NCBI GenBank assembly: GCA_964016885.1
Contig: OZ024741.1
Coordinates: 385,640,001 to 385,704,000, forward strand
Direction of reading: 5' to 3'
DNA from: Eledone cirrhosa
Lineage: Eukaryota
DNA length: 64,000 nt
A model generated the notes under the pieces. The model searched no databases, was not told the DNA's origin, and saw only the letters and a program-made list of their open reading frames with translations. Both the position numbers and the translations under genes were made by a program. Positions 30,601-61,231 of this stretch are shown piece after piece (the stretch's first letter is position 1; each line of letters begins with the position of its first letter).

Positions 30601-33600
30601 AAACTATAGAGGTATAAAGTTGATGGACCAGGTCATGAAAGTAACAGAAAGAGTTATAGCACAGCTGATTAGGGACCGGGTGAATATAGACGAGATGCAA
30701 TTTGGGTTTGTTCCAGGGAAAGGCACCACTGATGCGCTCTTCCTTGTGAGGCAATTACAGGAAAAGTACCTAGCTAAAAGTAAGCCACTCTACTTGGCAT
30801 TTGTCGACCTTGAGAAAGCCTTTGACAGAGTTCCACGTGCAGTAATCTGGTGGGCTCTTAGAAAACTAGGAGTAGATGAATGGCTTGTGAAAGCGGTACA
30901 AGCCATGTATAGGGGAGCAGTCAGCAAAGTTAGGATTGGCAATGAGTATAGCGAGGAATTTAGCGTACAGGTTGGGGTCCACCAGGGCTCTGTTCTTAGC
31001 CCTCTCCTGTTCATCATAGTCCTGCAGGCAATAACGGAGGAGTTTAAGACCGGATGCCCATGGGAACTCCTGTATGCTGATGACCTCGCACTCATAGCTG
31101 AATCTATGGTAGAACTAGAGAATAAATTCCAAACCTGGAAGCAGGGACTAGAGAGAAAGGGCCTCAAAGTCAACATGACAAAGACTAAGGTCCTTATAAG
31201 TAGACGAGAAAACAGAACCCAGATCCCCTCAGGGAAATGGCCTTGCTCAGTATGTAGGAAAGGTGTAGGTAGGAACTCCATTCTTTGCCCCAAATGCAAA
31301 CAATGGATACACAAGAGATGTAGCGGGATCTCAGGAAGCTTAATTAAGAATGTAGGATTCACATGCAGCAGCTGTGCTGAAACAGCAAGCAAACAGCCAC
31401 AGGAAACAAGTACCACCAATCTCTGGGAGGGCCCTGTAGAAACAGTAGACAGCTTCTGCTACCTAGGTGACCGAATTAGCAACGGAGGTGGGTGCTCAGA
31501 AAGTACAATAACTAGGGTAAGAACGGGATGGAAGAAGTTTAGGGAACTACTACCACTGCTAGCTGCAAAAGGCTTCTCCCTCAGAATGAAAGGCAGACTG
31601 TATGATGCGTGTATCCGAACAGCGATGTTGCATGGTAGTGAGACCTGGGCGCTGAAGGTGGAAGACTTACGTAGATTAGAGAGAAACGAAGCCTGCATGC
31701 TCCGATGGATGTGTAACAGTAATATACGTGAACGACAAAGCATAAATGAATTGAGAGAGAGACTGAGCATAAGAGGAATCAAATGCTGCGTGCAGGAGAG
31801 GCGGTTACGCTGGTATGGACATGTGATGCGTATGAAGGATGACAGCTGCATAAAAAGGTGCAGAGCACTAGAAGTTGATGGAAACCGCGGAGTGGGGAGA
31901 CCCAAGATGACTTGGGATGAGGTGATAAAAGCCGACCTTACCCAACTACACCTCTCAAAGTCAATGACACACGACCGTGACTTCTGGCGTCACGCAGTAA
32001 TACAGGGTACCCGACCTCCCATGGGTACATGCTGAAGCATATAAACAATATGCCCCCCCCCCCCCCCCCCCCCACCGCAAGGTGGTCGTGGAGGTGCCAC
32101 GGCAAAAAAGCACCCAGCCCACACTGTAAAGTGGACGTGTAGGCGCCACGAAAAAGCACCCAGCACTCACTGTAAATGAGGTTGGTGTTAGGAAGGGCAT
32201 CCAGCTGTAGAAATCAAGCCAGATCAGTTCCTGTATGAGCAAGGCATGGTCAGCCGACCAGACACTGCCCACAACAGGACAACCCGTCTAACCCATGCTA
32301 GCGTGGAAGAACGGACGTAAAACGGTGATGATGATGATGACTGTTAGTGTTTAGTTAATCCTGATAATACTGTTGGTGTTTAGTTAATCCTCCAGTTAAT
32401 ATTGTTGGTGTTTAGTTAATCCTCAAGTTAATACAGTTGGTGTTTAGTTAATCCTCAAGTTAATACAGTTGGTTTAGTTAATCCTCAAGTTAATACAGTT
32501 GGTGTTTAGTTAATCCTTCAATTAATACTGTTGGTGTTAGTTTAAATACTAAAAATGTATTATCAATAATATTAATACTGTTAAACTCTCAATCATTTAC
32601 ATATGACATTAATTCCATATAAGGTAGTACAGAAAAGCAACAGACAATATAGTAATCATTGTTTGTATAATCAATATTTCTTTATTTTAATTATGTTGGC
32701 AGTATTGGTAGAACGTCACACAACATGCTTTGCAGCACCGAGTTATGGCCCTTTATGTTCTGATTTCAAATCCCGCCAAGGTTAACTTTGCCTTTCATCC
32801 TTACGGAGTTGACAAAATAGAGTACCAGTAATACACTGGGGTAATTTCTGGCCTTGTGCCAAAAGTAGAAACAATTATGTTAAATTTGTCATTTTTAATC
32901 TAATTACATACAATCTTTTCTGGTAAACCTTTTGATACCAATTCAGCCCTGGTTTCTACATTAGAAAAGTATATATATCTGGGAAACCTGCCATCATAAT
33001 TTTATGTATGAACCATTTTAAAGTTATGCTTAAATAATGATTTCTGATTTAGCCACAAGGCCAATAATTTTGGGGGTTGGCGAAAGTCAATTAAATCAAC
33101 CCTAGTGTGTTACTGGTACATTATTTTATCGACCCCGGTAAGGATGAAAGGCAAAGTTAACTTTGATGGGATTTGAATTAAGAACGTAAAGGGCCGTAAC
33201 TATATGCTAAAAAGCATGGTGTCCGACACTCTACAGATATTGCCATACACTGTCCCCTGAGAACATTAGTTACATTGCTAAATCCCTCCAAATTCATTAT
33301 TTTCAAAATTATTCGAAAAACATGAAATGTATTTGATTAGAAATACGATAATGAAAGAGTTAATGTATGGTCTAAATAGAGTCAAGCTACATATATATTC
33401 TATATTGACTGTTTTTCAGTTCTGGCAGAGATTGGAGAAGATTTGAAGATACTTCGGAGACGTCTTTTGGAACTGTTGCAACAAGTGACACTAGGAGATA
33501 GTTTAGCAGCAGAATATCTCCTGTGTCATTTAATATCCTCAGTGTATGTATGTGACTATATGGTAGAACATTCCATTCCCCACTCTATGTATATGACTAC

Positions 33601-36577
33601 ACAGTGGAACATTCCATTCCCCAGTGTATGTATGTGACTAAATAGTGGAACTTTCCATTCTCCTATGTATGTGAGTACATGGAATATTTCATTCTCCTAT
33701 ATATGTGACCACATAGAACACTTTTGTTATTTACATCCCTCAGTATACATATGGTATGTTGTTGATTTTTTTACCTAGGAATTGAAAAGACAACCCTGCT
33801 AATGTAATGTTATTTAAATTTCAGTTACTTTTCAGCTGGCTTGCTTCCAGTTGGAAAACTTTCTTTGAATTTGAGTCAAGTTCCAACATCTCTTGGATAT
33901 GCCAGATTTCTGTACCAGTTTATCTCTTCTCTTGTTACCAAGGTAAGAACTAACCATCATGGCCTGGTGGTTAGGGTGTTACACTCATGATCATAGCATT
34001 GCTGGTTCAGTTCCTGGACTGAGCAACACACTCCATTTCATGATAGGACTGGGGGCTCTCCCCCCATCATTAAAACATCCAATTAAATCAATCCCAGTGG
34101 TAACTGGTCCATCCTTTATTTTATTGACATAGTTTCTATGCTGGTTGCACCTCATATCACCATGCACTTTACAGAGTGTACTAGGTACATTATATTGTGA
34201 TACCAGTATGAGAGATTGTTTTATTCTCAACAAGTTCATCAGCAACAGAAGTCTCACAGTATTGGGCCATGACAAAAAGCACCCTACCCATCTTGCACGG
34301 TGGTAGTGCTGATGCCACAACAAAAAGTAGCCAGTTCACTCTGTAAGGTTGTTGGCATTAGGTAGTGCATCCAGCCATACAAAACAGATCATATGAGCAA
34401 GATGTGGTCACTTTACTTATCCAGCCTCGTAAAGTTACAGCCTGTCTAACTCATGGATGTTAAATGATGTACATGTAATTTTGTATTTTAAAATAATTCA
34501 AATATCTGAAGATTTGTATTATATTTTTCAGTGTTATATGCTTCCCCTGAGTCTAGATTATCTCAACAACAAGCTGTTCTGCCCACAAAAAGACTATTCC
34601 AAGAATCGGTTAAAGGCAGGTGTATTGCAAATGAGCAAACAAACTCATTTTGTTATTGATGAGACACAACTACAAGCTGGTCAACTCAATGTTGAAGGTA
34701 CATTTGGAAGTTGTATTTTTTGCCTATTTATCCCCAACCGTTTTGCACCATGGACAAGTGACTCATTAATCCTCTCTAACAATTGTGCTGAAATGTCCTC
34801 TGCTATTTCAATTTGTCTAATTATGGTGTTAGATGAAAGAGAACCATTGTTACCTTTTTAGTGGCAGGCAGAATCAACTCTTTAACAATAGTAATGGGCT
34901 TCTTAGTGGCCTGGTGGCCGCTGTCCTAGAGTATTGTATGTCCATGGGGTTCATTTCTTGGAATAGGTACCGTGTCATGTTCTTGAGCAAGATACTTCAT
35001 TCACATCGCTTTTCATGATAGGACTAGAGCCTCTACGTTAAAACACACAAGAAACCTCATAGGTGCAAGCTGTAAATTTCATTTAACCCTTTCATTACCA
35101 TATTTCAATTAATGATGAATTTGGTGGGTTTTCTTAACTTTCATTATTAAAATAGTATTAGAGTATTTGTAATATAAGTTTTTTTTATATAAAATTATGC
35201 TGTAAGATTTTAATTTAAATAGCAACCCTTTAAAATGAATGGTTGTTTCATGGAACCAGGAGTTTTGGGAGGGTTGGTATAAAAAAGTTTTCTTTTTTAA
35301 AGTAAAATATATATCCTGTGCACTTTTGTAGGTCACAAAAATATCAAGACGTTAGAAAGTGTTATCCGCTATCAGAAGATACAGTATGATTTTGGATTCT
35401 ACCAACGAGAATATGAAGCTAATATTGAAGTGATTTGCATTTCTGAAGGAAAATCGATTTTACCTGTAAGTAATCATTGACTTTGTGTGGAAGTGTTTAA
35501 AACATTGTGTCCTTGGTTAGATCTGAATTCCCCCACTTGGTAAGGGAATGAGGTCTGGGATCTTGTCGATCGTATTACTATACATCAATCACACTGGAAA
35601 GAAGATGGTGTGCAAGAAAGTGGTGGTAGGTACGCCATCTATTTTTTAAATCTCTGGTGATATTTGTGTGTATATCATCACCATTTAATGTCTAATCCAT
35701 GCTAGCATGGAAAATAGACAAGTCAGATCATCTGTGCATCCAGAACCATTTCTGGCTTGGTTTCTACAGCTGGATGCCCTTCCTAATGGCAGTCACATTT
35801 TGTGTGGACTGGGTGCTTTTTGTCATATCACCACATGTATAACTTATAAGACATTGGTTGTTTCTAATTAAACTAGAATTTCCATAGAGTTAACAAGTTT
35901 GATTTATAAAGAACTTTTCTGACACCAAGTCATACTTGCTGAGAAATGAAAGGGATGCATGTCCATAGTTTGAATTTTGACTCTTGTACCAAACTGTAAC
36001 CAATAATTTCTTGTCTGTATTTTCCTTTCTTTAGGCAGATGTTCACATTCCACTTGACATTAGCACCAGATGCAAGGATCTAGATGGTTATTTTACTCAT
36101 CTAAATAATGAACTAACTCCAAACCTTGTGAAAAAATTCCAAACCTACCTTGGTTTAGTAAAAAGAATGCAATATACATTAGATAAAGAATTTGAACAGG
36201 TAAAAAGAAATGTCCGTTATCTATTTTCTTGGATATTTAAAGAAATTACAGAAAATAGCTTTTTTTTTTTTTTTTTTTTCCCTCAGTTTATCCAGAATGA
36301 CTTCATTAGTATGCGAAAGAATGACAGTAAAAGTATTACTGAAGATGGATTACATACTCTGCTTAATCTTACACGGTAATACTATCTTTATGAACACTAG
36401 TACAGAAATACGCTAAATAACCTATATGTAACTAATAAATGAACTATTTATCTTTTTAGACTTCTCACAATGAGCTGGGGTCTTCCTGGTCCAACAGCAG
36501 AGATGTGGCAACGTGCCAAGACTTTAGAAAACTCATGTAGAGAACGAGTACAACAGTTAACCCGTACACCTCATTAA
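16510..36577 (+). CDS. MCMBP: Mini-chromosome maintenance complex-binding protein; spliced gene span, 13 coding exons visible (568 aa), N-terminus outside window
   Basis: Exons join in phase (1707 nt incl. stop). Translation matches recalled human MCMBP motifs: [70 protein letters not shown]. Confidence 0.95.
17560..17600 (+). ncRNA. Candidate degenerate minimal hammerhead motif of Penelope type
   Basis: CUGAUGA-a-GGA-cuagca-UCC-GAAAC-auu-aagac. Confidence 0.4.
17804..18328. mobile_element. MITE-like element with ~125-bp imperfect terminal inverted repeats
   Basis: 17804-17928 is the reverse complement of 18203-18328 (AAAATCTCTATTT.GGGG.TATAAGCTAGACC). Confidence 0.7.
18617..18958 (-). mobile_element. 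tRNA-derived SINE with RTE-derived 3' tail (partial sister copy at 18328-18574)
   Basis: A-box TGGCTTAGTGG, B-box GAGTTCAATTC, CORE-like CCTTGAGCAAGACACTT; tail matches RTE family B 3'UTR. Confidence 0.85.
19443..19541 (+). CDS. MCMBP: MCMBP exon (PEEIIMD...PAETQWVKK)
   Basis: ttttag| acceptor; ends at U12-type donor ATATCCTTT; [10 protein letters not shown] matches MCMBP RQTFYCVPVP. Confidence 0.9.
20690..20950 (-). mobile_element. Old RTE-type 3' fragment (related copy at 59130-59390)
   Basis: GR.R.R...[22 protein letters not shown] similarity between the two loci. Confidence 0.6.
21718..21898 (+). CDS. MCMBP: MCMBP exon (QGFTEKE...RQNTFE), acidic linker
   Basis: Preceded by CTTAAC branch site and AC; ends G|gtttac in phase 1, matching the next exon. 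Start may instead be 21721. Confidence 0.8.
23405..23812. mobile_element. piggyBac-type MITE (TTAA-CCCTTT...AAAGGG-TTAA); sister copy at ~61366-61526
   Basis: Terminal inverted repeats with TTAA flanks. Confidence 0.7.
23522..23705 (-). mobile_element. Second-family SINE with 15-bp TSD, nested in a TTAA MITE
   Basis: TSD CTCAAAATAAATAAT at 23507-23521 and 23706-23720. Confidence 0.85.
24234..24310 (+). CDS. MCMBP: MCMBP exon ([25 protein letters not shown])
   Basis: tttcag| and |gtaacg; conserved DLNFPLP...GPACLVK. Confidence 0.93.
24317..24743. mobile_element. piggyBac-type MITE with a nested SINE relic (related copies near 35083, 38101, 47100, 50709, 55285)
   Basis: TTAACCCTTTTGCTACCA...TGGTATCAAAAGGGTTAA. 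Confidence 0.7.
24887..24984 (+). CDS. MCMBP: MCMBP exon ([24 protein letters not shown]...)
   Basis: ttttag| and |gtaagt; conserved KVND...GILSVDP. Confidence 0.92.
25395..25549 (+). CDS. MCMBP: MCMBP exon (...[22 protein letters not shown]...)
   Basis: ttttag| and |gtaagt; phases 2/1 fit both neighbours. Confidence 0.9.
25594..25946. repeat. 29-bp minisatellite (CTGATAATACTGTTGGTGTTTAGTTAATC), ~12 copies; left part
   Basis: Direct reading. Confidence 0.95.
25947..28670. repeat. Tandem array of ~510-bp units with nested ~99-bp and ~24-bp subrepeats
   Basis: Unit start CATGACGTTATTATTG at 25947, 26456, 26966, 27477, 27988, 28599. Confidence 0.95.
28599..32340 (+). mobile_element. Full-length RTE-clade LINE, family B, in an MCMBP intron (5' end may extend to 25947)
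   Basis: APE-RT ORF, poly-C tract, 3'UTR, (TGA)n tail; interrupts a 29-bp minisatellite. Confidence 0.92.
28916..32035 (+). CDS. RTE LINE ORF: endonuclease + RT + PHD-type finger (1039 aa)
   Basis: [42 protein letters not shown]. Confidence 0.95.
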   Translation: MNLRATKHPREAPTQRPSPTSVDKCPKLRVGTINVGSMKGRAGEIVEMLERKEVDVCCVQETRWRGGSARVLVGKSQCYKFFWVGNDDGMGGVGILLADKWVDKVISVYRVNARIIKLRLVLNKTITTIISAYAPQSGLPDELKDRFYESLIHTTALTDDKDFLIIAGDFNGHVGKHCDGFNRVHGGHGVGTRNEEGFRLLEFCDANDMSICNTNFKKPDNHLITYRSGEHSSQLDFILIRGRDRWTVVKTKAFPSEECTSQHSLVVSDLTVRTRRALKQRPTWRRKIWKLKVPSTSNRFKDILLNAYDSKEEQIETFNVEENWEFLKNNLLEATDEVCGWSKTSSRRRVTWWWNNKVDEAVKAKRQAWKEWKNGGSRVHYIETKREARRQVYLARREAEDRKFKHVLQREDQKQEVFKIARQCVRDSCDVIGEKCIRNDKGELALTSAEKKDAWKSHYDRLLNEENAWEEETLPHVDPIEGPAVQVSGSVVSKAIRDMKIGKATGPSGIAAEMLKASGSVGHTITTRIVNQVILEGAIPKDWCSSIIVNCYKGKGDALDRGNYRGIKLMDQVMKVTERVIAQLIRDRVNIDEMQFGFVPGKGTTDALFLVRQLQEKYLAKSKPLYLAFVDLEKAFDRVPRAVIWWALRKLGVDEWLVKAVQAMYRGAVSKVRIGNEYSEEFSVQVGVHQGSVLSPLLFIIVLQAITEEFKTGCPWELLYADDLALIAESMVELENKFQTWKQGLERKGLKVNMTKTKVLISRRENRTQIPSGKWPCSVCRKGVGRNSILCPKCKQWIHKRCSGISGSLIKNVGFTCSSCAETASKQPQETSTTNLWEGPVETVDSFCYLGDRISNGGGCSESTITRVRTGWKKFRELLPLLAAKGFSLRMKGRLYDACIRTAMLHGSETWALKVEDLRRLERNEACMLRWMCNSNIRERQSINELRERLSIRGIKCCVQERRLRWYGHVMRMKDDSCIKRCRALEVDGNRGVGRPKMTWDEVIKADLTQLHLSKSMTHDRDFWRHAVIQGTRPPMGTC
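32341..32545. repeat. 29-bp minisatellite, right part, progressively degenerate
   Basis: Same unit resumes immediately after the RTE (TGA)n tail. Confidence 0.92.
33420..33543 (+). CDS. MCMBP: MCMBP exon (...[18 protein letters not shown])
   Basis: tttcag| and |gtatgt; strongly conserved motif. Confidence 0.92.
33825..33942 (+). CDS. MCMBP: MCMBP exon ([16 protein letters not shown]...SLVTK)
   Basis: tttcag| and |gtaaga; aligns without gaps to YTRRDVLPLGKFTVNL. Confidence 0.9.
34532..34697 (+). CDS. MCMBP: MCMBP exon (CYMLPL...KDYSKNRL...[14 protein letters not shown])
   Basis: tttcag| and |gtacat; conserved KDY..NRL and IDET. Confidence 0.93.
35332..35465 (+). CDS. MCMBP: MCMBP exon (HKNIKTL...QKIQYDF...SEGKSILP)
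   Basis: ttgtag| and |gtaagt. Confidence 0.93.
36035..36199 (+). CDS. MCMBP: MCMBP exon (ADVHIPL...KKFQTYL...EFEQ)
   Basis: tttag| and |gtaaaa; 165 nt, phase 0/0. Confidence 0.9.
36287..36375 (+). CDS. MCMBP: MCMBP exon ([13 protein letters not shown]...LHTLLNLTR)
   Basis: poly-T tract + cag|, |gtaata; matches DDFVEMRKND...LHQLL. Confidence 0.92.
36460..36577 (+). CDS. MCMBP: MCMBP last coding exon (LLTMSWG...WQRAKTLE...TPH*)
   Basis: ttttag| acceptor; TAA at 36575-36577; AATAAA at 36588-36593. Confidence 0.9.
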
Positions 36578-36587
36578 AAATATTCTA

Positions 36588-36593
36588 AATAAA
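36588..36593 (+). terminator. Putative MCMBP polyadenylation signal AATAAA
   Basis: 10 nt after the stop codon; an alternative AATAAA lies near 36755. Confidence 0.45.
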
Positions 36594-37063
36594 CATTTTG
36601 CAACCAACTATTAATTTCTTTATATTTTGTTTAAAACCTGCTGTGTGTATCCAGTTTAGATCAGGTATATCATAAGCAGTTAAAAGGGTTGGTGCTATGG
36701 AAGGTGTCTGGTTATAAAACATGGAACTTATGAGCATGGGTTCTGAATGGCCATAATAAATCATTGTTTAACATTCATTTTCCCTGCTAGCAAAGGTTAA
36801 ACATGTCATCACGAGATGCCCAACATACACTCACACACTCTACCAAGTGCATTTTATTGTGGCACCAATACTAAGGAAGTTGTCATGTTCTTGGTGTAGC
36901 TGAAATATTCCCAACCTTTTGTTTGGCTGGATACCCTTCTTATCACCAGCCTCTCTACAGCGTGTACTGGGTATACTTATTGTGTAAATCACCAAAACTA
37001 GGGAAATTGTTCCCCAAACACCATGCATAAAATTAAAACAAACTTAAATAAAATGAACTAATG

Positions 37064-37069
37064 TTTATT
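37064..37069 (-). terminator. Putative ILF2 polyadenylation signal AATAAA
   Basis: TTTATT on + strand, ~70 nt into the putative terminal non-coding exon. Confidence 0.55.
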
Positions 37070-37244
37070 TTGAAATGGATAAAATGATGGTGAAATACTG
37101 ATGAGTTTCTCAACTGCTAACTAGTGTAACACCAAAACGTCTGCAAAGAGAAAGAAAAAAAAGATTATCAGAGAGAAGGATAAAGGACGATCTAATTGAA
37201 TAATAAAACATCTTGATTGGAAAAAATTAGGTTATTTACCTGAG

Positions 37245-58450
<21,206 letters not shown>

Positions 58451-58494
58451 TTTGCTCAGAGGAGAATTATCAAACCAAAAAATTAAGCAGACCA

Positions 58495-58530
58495 ACGAAG
58501 ATGGCGCTCGCGGAAGACTTCCTGTAGCCG
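58495..58530. promoter_or_regulatory. ILF2 core promoter region with YY1-like (AAGATGGCG) and ETS-like (CGGAAG, ACTTCCTG) motifs
   Basis: CpG-containing patch ~50 nt upstream of the ILF2 ATG; motifs at 58498-58506, 58511-58516, 58517-58524. Confidence 0.6.
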
Positions 58531-59489
58531 ACAAATCAGAAAGAGGCTAGGTTAGCATGTTTCTCTTCAAATAATGTTTATGGTTTCTCCCTGGATCCAA
58601 CCTGTCACTCTCTAATTGCTAAAAAGAAGAGTTTGTAGATATGTTTTATACAGAAATATTGAGGTATTTTTTTAAAATATTAGTTAATAGATATATACTT
58701 TTCCCCAATGGCGTGAAGCGAGTGTCATCTAGAATTTGCTAATTCACGGCTGTCTCGAAACACTTGTTTGAAGGGGGTTTCTTTTCTGAATATCTGCTGT
58801 TCAGCTCCATGAGAGTTTCTTACTTCTACATTTCAATGTTGAAAATGTATTGGTGTCTATTGATAAACATAATGTTTATATTAGTGTATAAACACAATTT
58901 ATATATATATAACTCTTGACATTGTAGGCGGTTCGCCTTGCCTACGTATGCAAGGATGTTTGGTTATTCCAGGATCTTAGCCTCTCGGCATTGCTGCGAG
59001 TGTTAGCTTGTCTCAAAAATTATTAGAGGGAAACACCAGCACCGTGATGCGTGATTGAATGTCTTCTAGCAATTTTTTTCCTCTTATTTACTATAAAATT
59101 GTGTTTATAAATTATTATTCTTCGCCCACTTATTCCTGAGAGAGTCGCGGCAGCAGAGTCCTCAAACACTCCTTCCAGCGGATCCTGTCAGAAGCAACCT
59201 TCTCCAACTGATCCGGTTGGATCCCCAAGCGTGACCAGCCAAACTCATGGTTGTTATCCAACTCTCTTGTTCGGAGTCTACCCCTGGATCTGTTGGTTCT
59301 GTCCTTCGATTTTTTCCTGAGACATTCTAACCACTTGCTCATATCAGAGCTGTCATTTCTCAATTCGGAGAAGTAGCGATTCTACCTAGGGTGAGACCTT
59401 TTACTCTCTCCCTCATGGTCTTACAGACTCTCACCTTCTCTTGCCACAGACTATTTCAGCATAACGAGATAACAGCAAAAACATCTTTG

Positions 59490-59673
59490 ATGGATTGGCA
59501 GTATCGATAGGGAGTCGGACGCCATGCTTTCCAGAATAGTTACGTCCCTTTACGATCTGAGTTCAAATCCCGCCGAGGTTAACTTTGCCTTTCATCCTTA
59601 CGGGGTTGATAAAATAAAGTACCAGTAATGTATTAGATTATTGCTGGCCTTGTGCCAAGTGTAGAAACAATTA
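59490..59673 (+). mobile_element. Second-family SINE
   Basis: Reverse complement of the 23522 copy. Confidence 0.82.
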
Positions 59674-60130
59674 TAAACTGAAGTGAAGTAAATTTTATAT
59701 TTAAATGAAAGCGTTTATTTTGTCATGTTGTTTCACCTTAACAATATTTACTAACTTTGCTTCACTTCACTGCACAGGCTTCCTTGAGAGGACGAGTGTC
59801 TCAGTTTTCATAACACTGATTTTCATTCCAGCCATGCAGCACTCGGCATCAAAAGTGCAGGTCGACGATCATCTTCTGTCGAGTTAAGTTAACACCATGA
59901 CGTCTGCAAACTCCGGCCGACTGATTTTCCACCCGCCAGTCATGATACCAATTTCAATCAACAGTAAAGGCTCTTCTAAAAATATATTTAGGAGCACATT
60001 TATGATACTAACAAAATTATAGAAGTCATGTCTGAGAAAATCACAAACATGCGCCATACCGCATGTAGACGAAGCTCAAAGATTCTAAGGAATAAATCCG
60101 AGCATTTGTTAAAAATTAAAGGTCGATTGA

Positions 60131-61231
60131 CATCATCATCATCGTTTAACGTCCATCTTCCACGCTTGCATGGGTTTGGACGGGAATTTTCCCACTTGAG
60201 GCAAGATTTGCTGTCTTGCTCGTATAGGACTGTCTGGCGGGTTTTCTACGGCTGGATGCCCTTCTTAACACCAACCACGTTTACAGTGTGGACTGGGAGG
60301 TTTTTACCGTGTTACCTACACGGCCACATTACAGCGTGGACTGTGTGTTTTTTGTCGTGACACCTACACTACCTCATTTGTTTCAGACTGGATGTTGTGG
60401 TACCAACATAACTTTACATTGAAAGGGGTGGTGTGGATGGGGTGGGGGTAGTGGGACGCGGGTGTATTTTTGTTAGAGGTGCCTACTGACTGTAGGTTTC
60501 GCTTTGTACTTAGGCAAGGCGGGTCTTCTGTATTACTGTGTAGTGCCAAAGATCTCGGTCCAGTGACATTGTCTTGGAGAGGTGTAAGTGTGTGAGGTTG
60601 GAATTTATCAAGTCGTCCCAGGTTTTCTGGGTCTGCCTACTCTGTGGCTACCGTCTATTTTTATCGCCCTGCACTTTTTTATACAGCTGTCGTCTTTCAT
60701 GCGCATCACGTGACCGTACCAACGTAGTCTTCTCTCGAGTAAACAACATCTGATCCCTCTTATTTCTAATTTTTCCCTTAGTTCATTTATGCTTTGCCGT
60801 TCACGTATATTACTATTACACATCCAGCGGAGCATGCAAGCTTCGTTTCTCTCCAGTCTGCGTATATCCTCTGCACACAATGCCCAAGTCTCACTGCCAT
60901 GTAACATTGCTGTTCGTATGCAGGCATCATACAGCCTGCCTTTCATTTTTAGAGAGAACCCTTTAGCGGCCAATAGTGGTATAAGCTCTCAGAACTTTTT
61001 CCATCCCGTTCTGACTCTAGCTACTGTACTTACAGAGCACCCTCCACCACTGCTGATTTTGTCACCCAGGTAACGGAAGGTGGCCACTATTTCTATAGAA
61101 CCATCTGTGCAATGGAATGAGCTAATATTCTGTCGGCACTTGCTGCTACTTATTGCACCAGAGCACCGGCCACATATAAAATCTATATTCTTAGTTAGCT
61201 TACCTGTGATCCCACTACATCTTTTATGCAC
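60131..61231 (-). mobile_element. Degenerate 5'-truncated RTE copy related to family A
   Basis: RT C-terminus with stop/frameshift, 3'UTR and (CAT)n tail. Confidence 0.9.

Noticed and set aside
35311-35320. ATATCCTG U12-like donor motif (also ATATCCTC at ~33533)
   Set aside because: One lies in the acceptor region of a normal GT-AG intron and the other inside a conserved exon; the gene model is in phase without them
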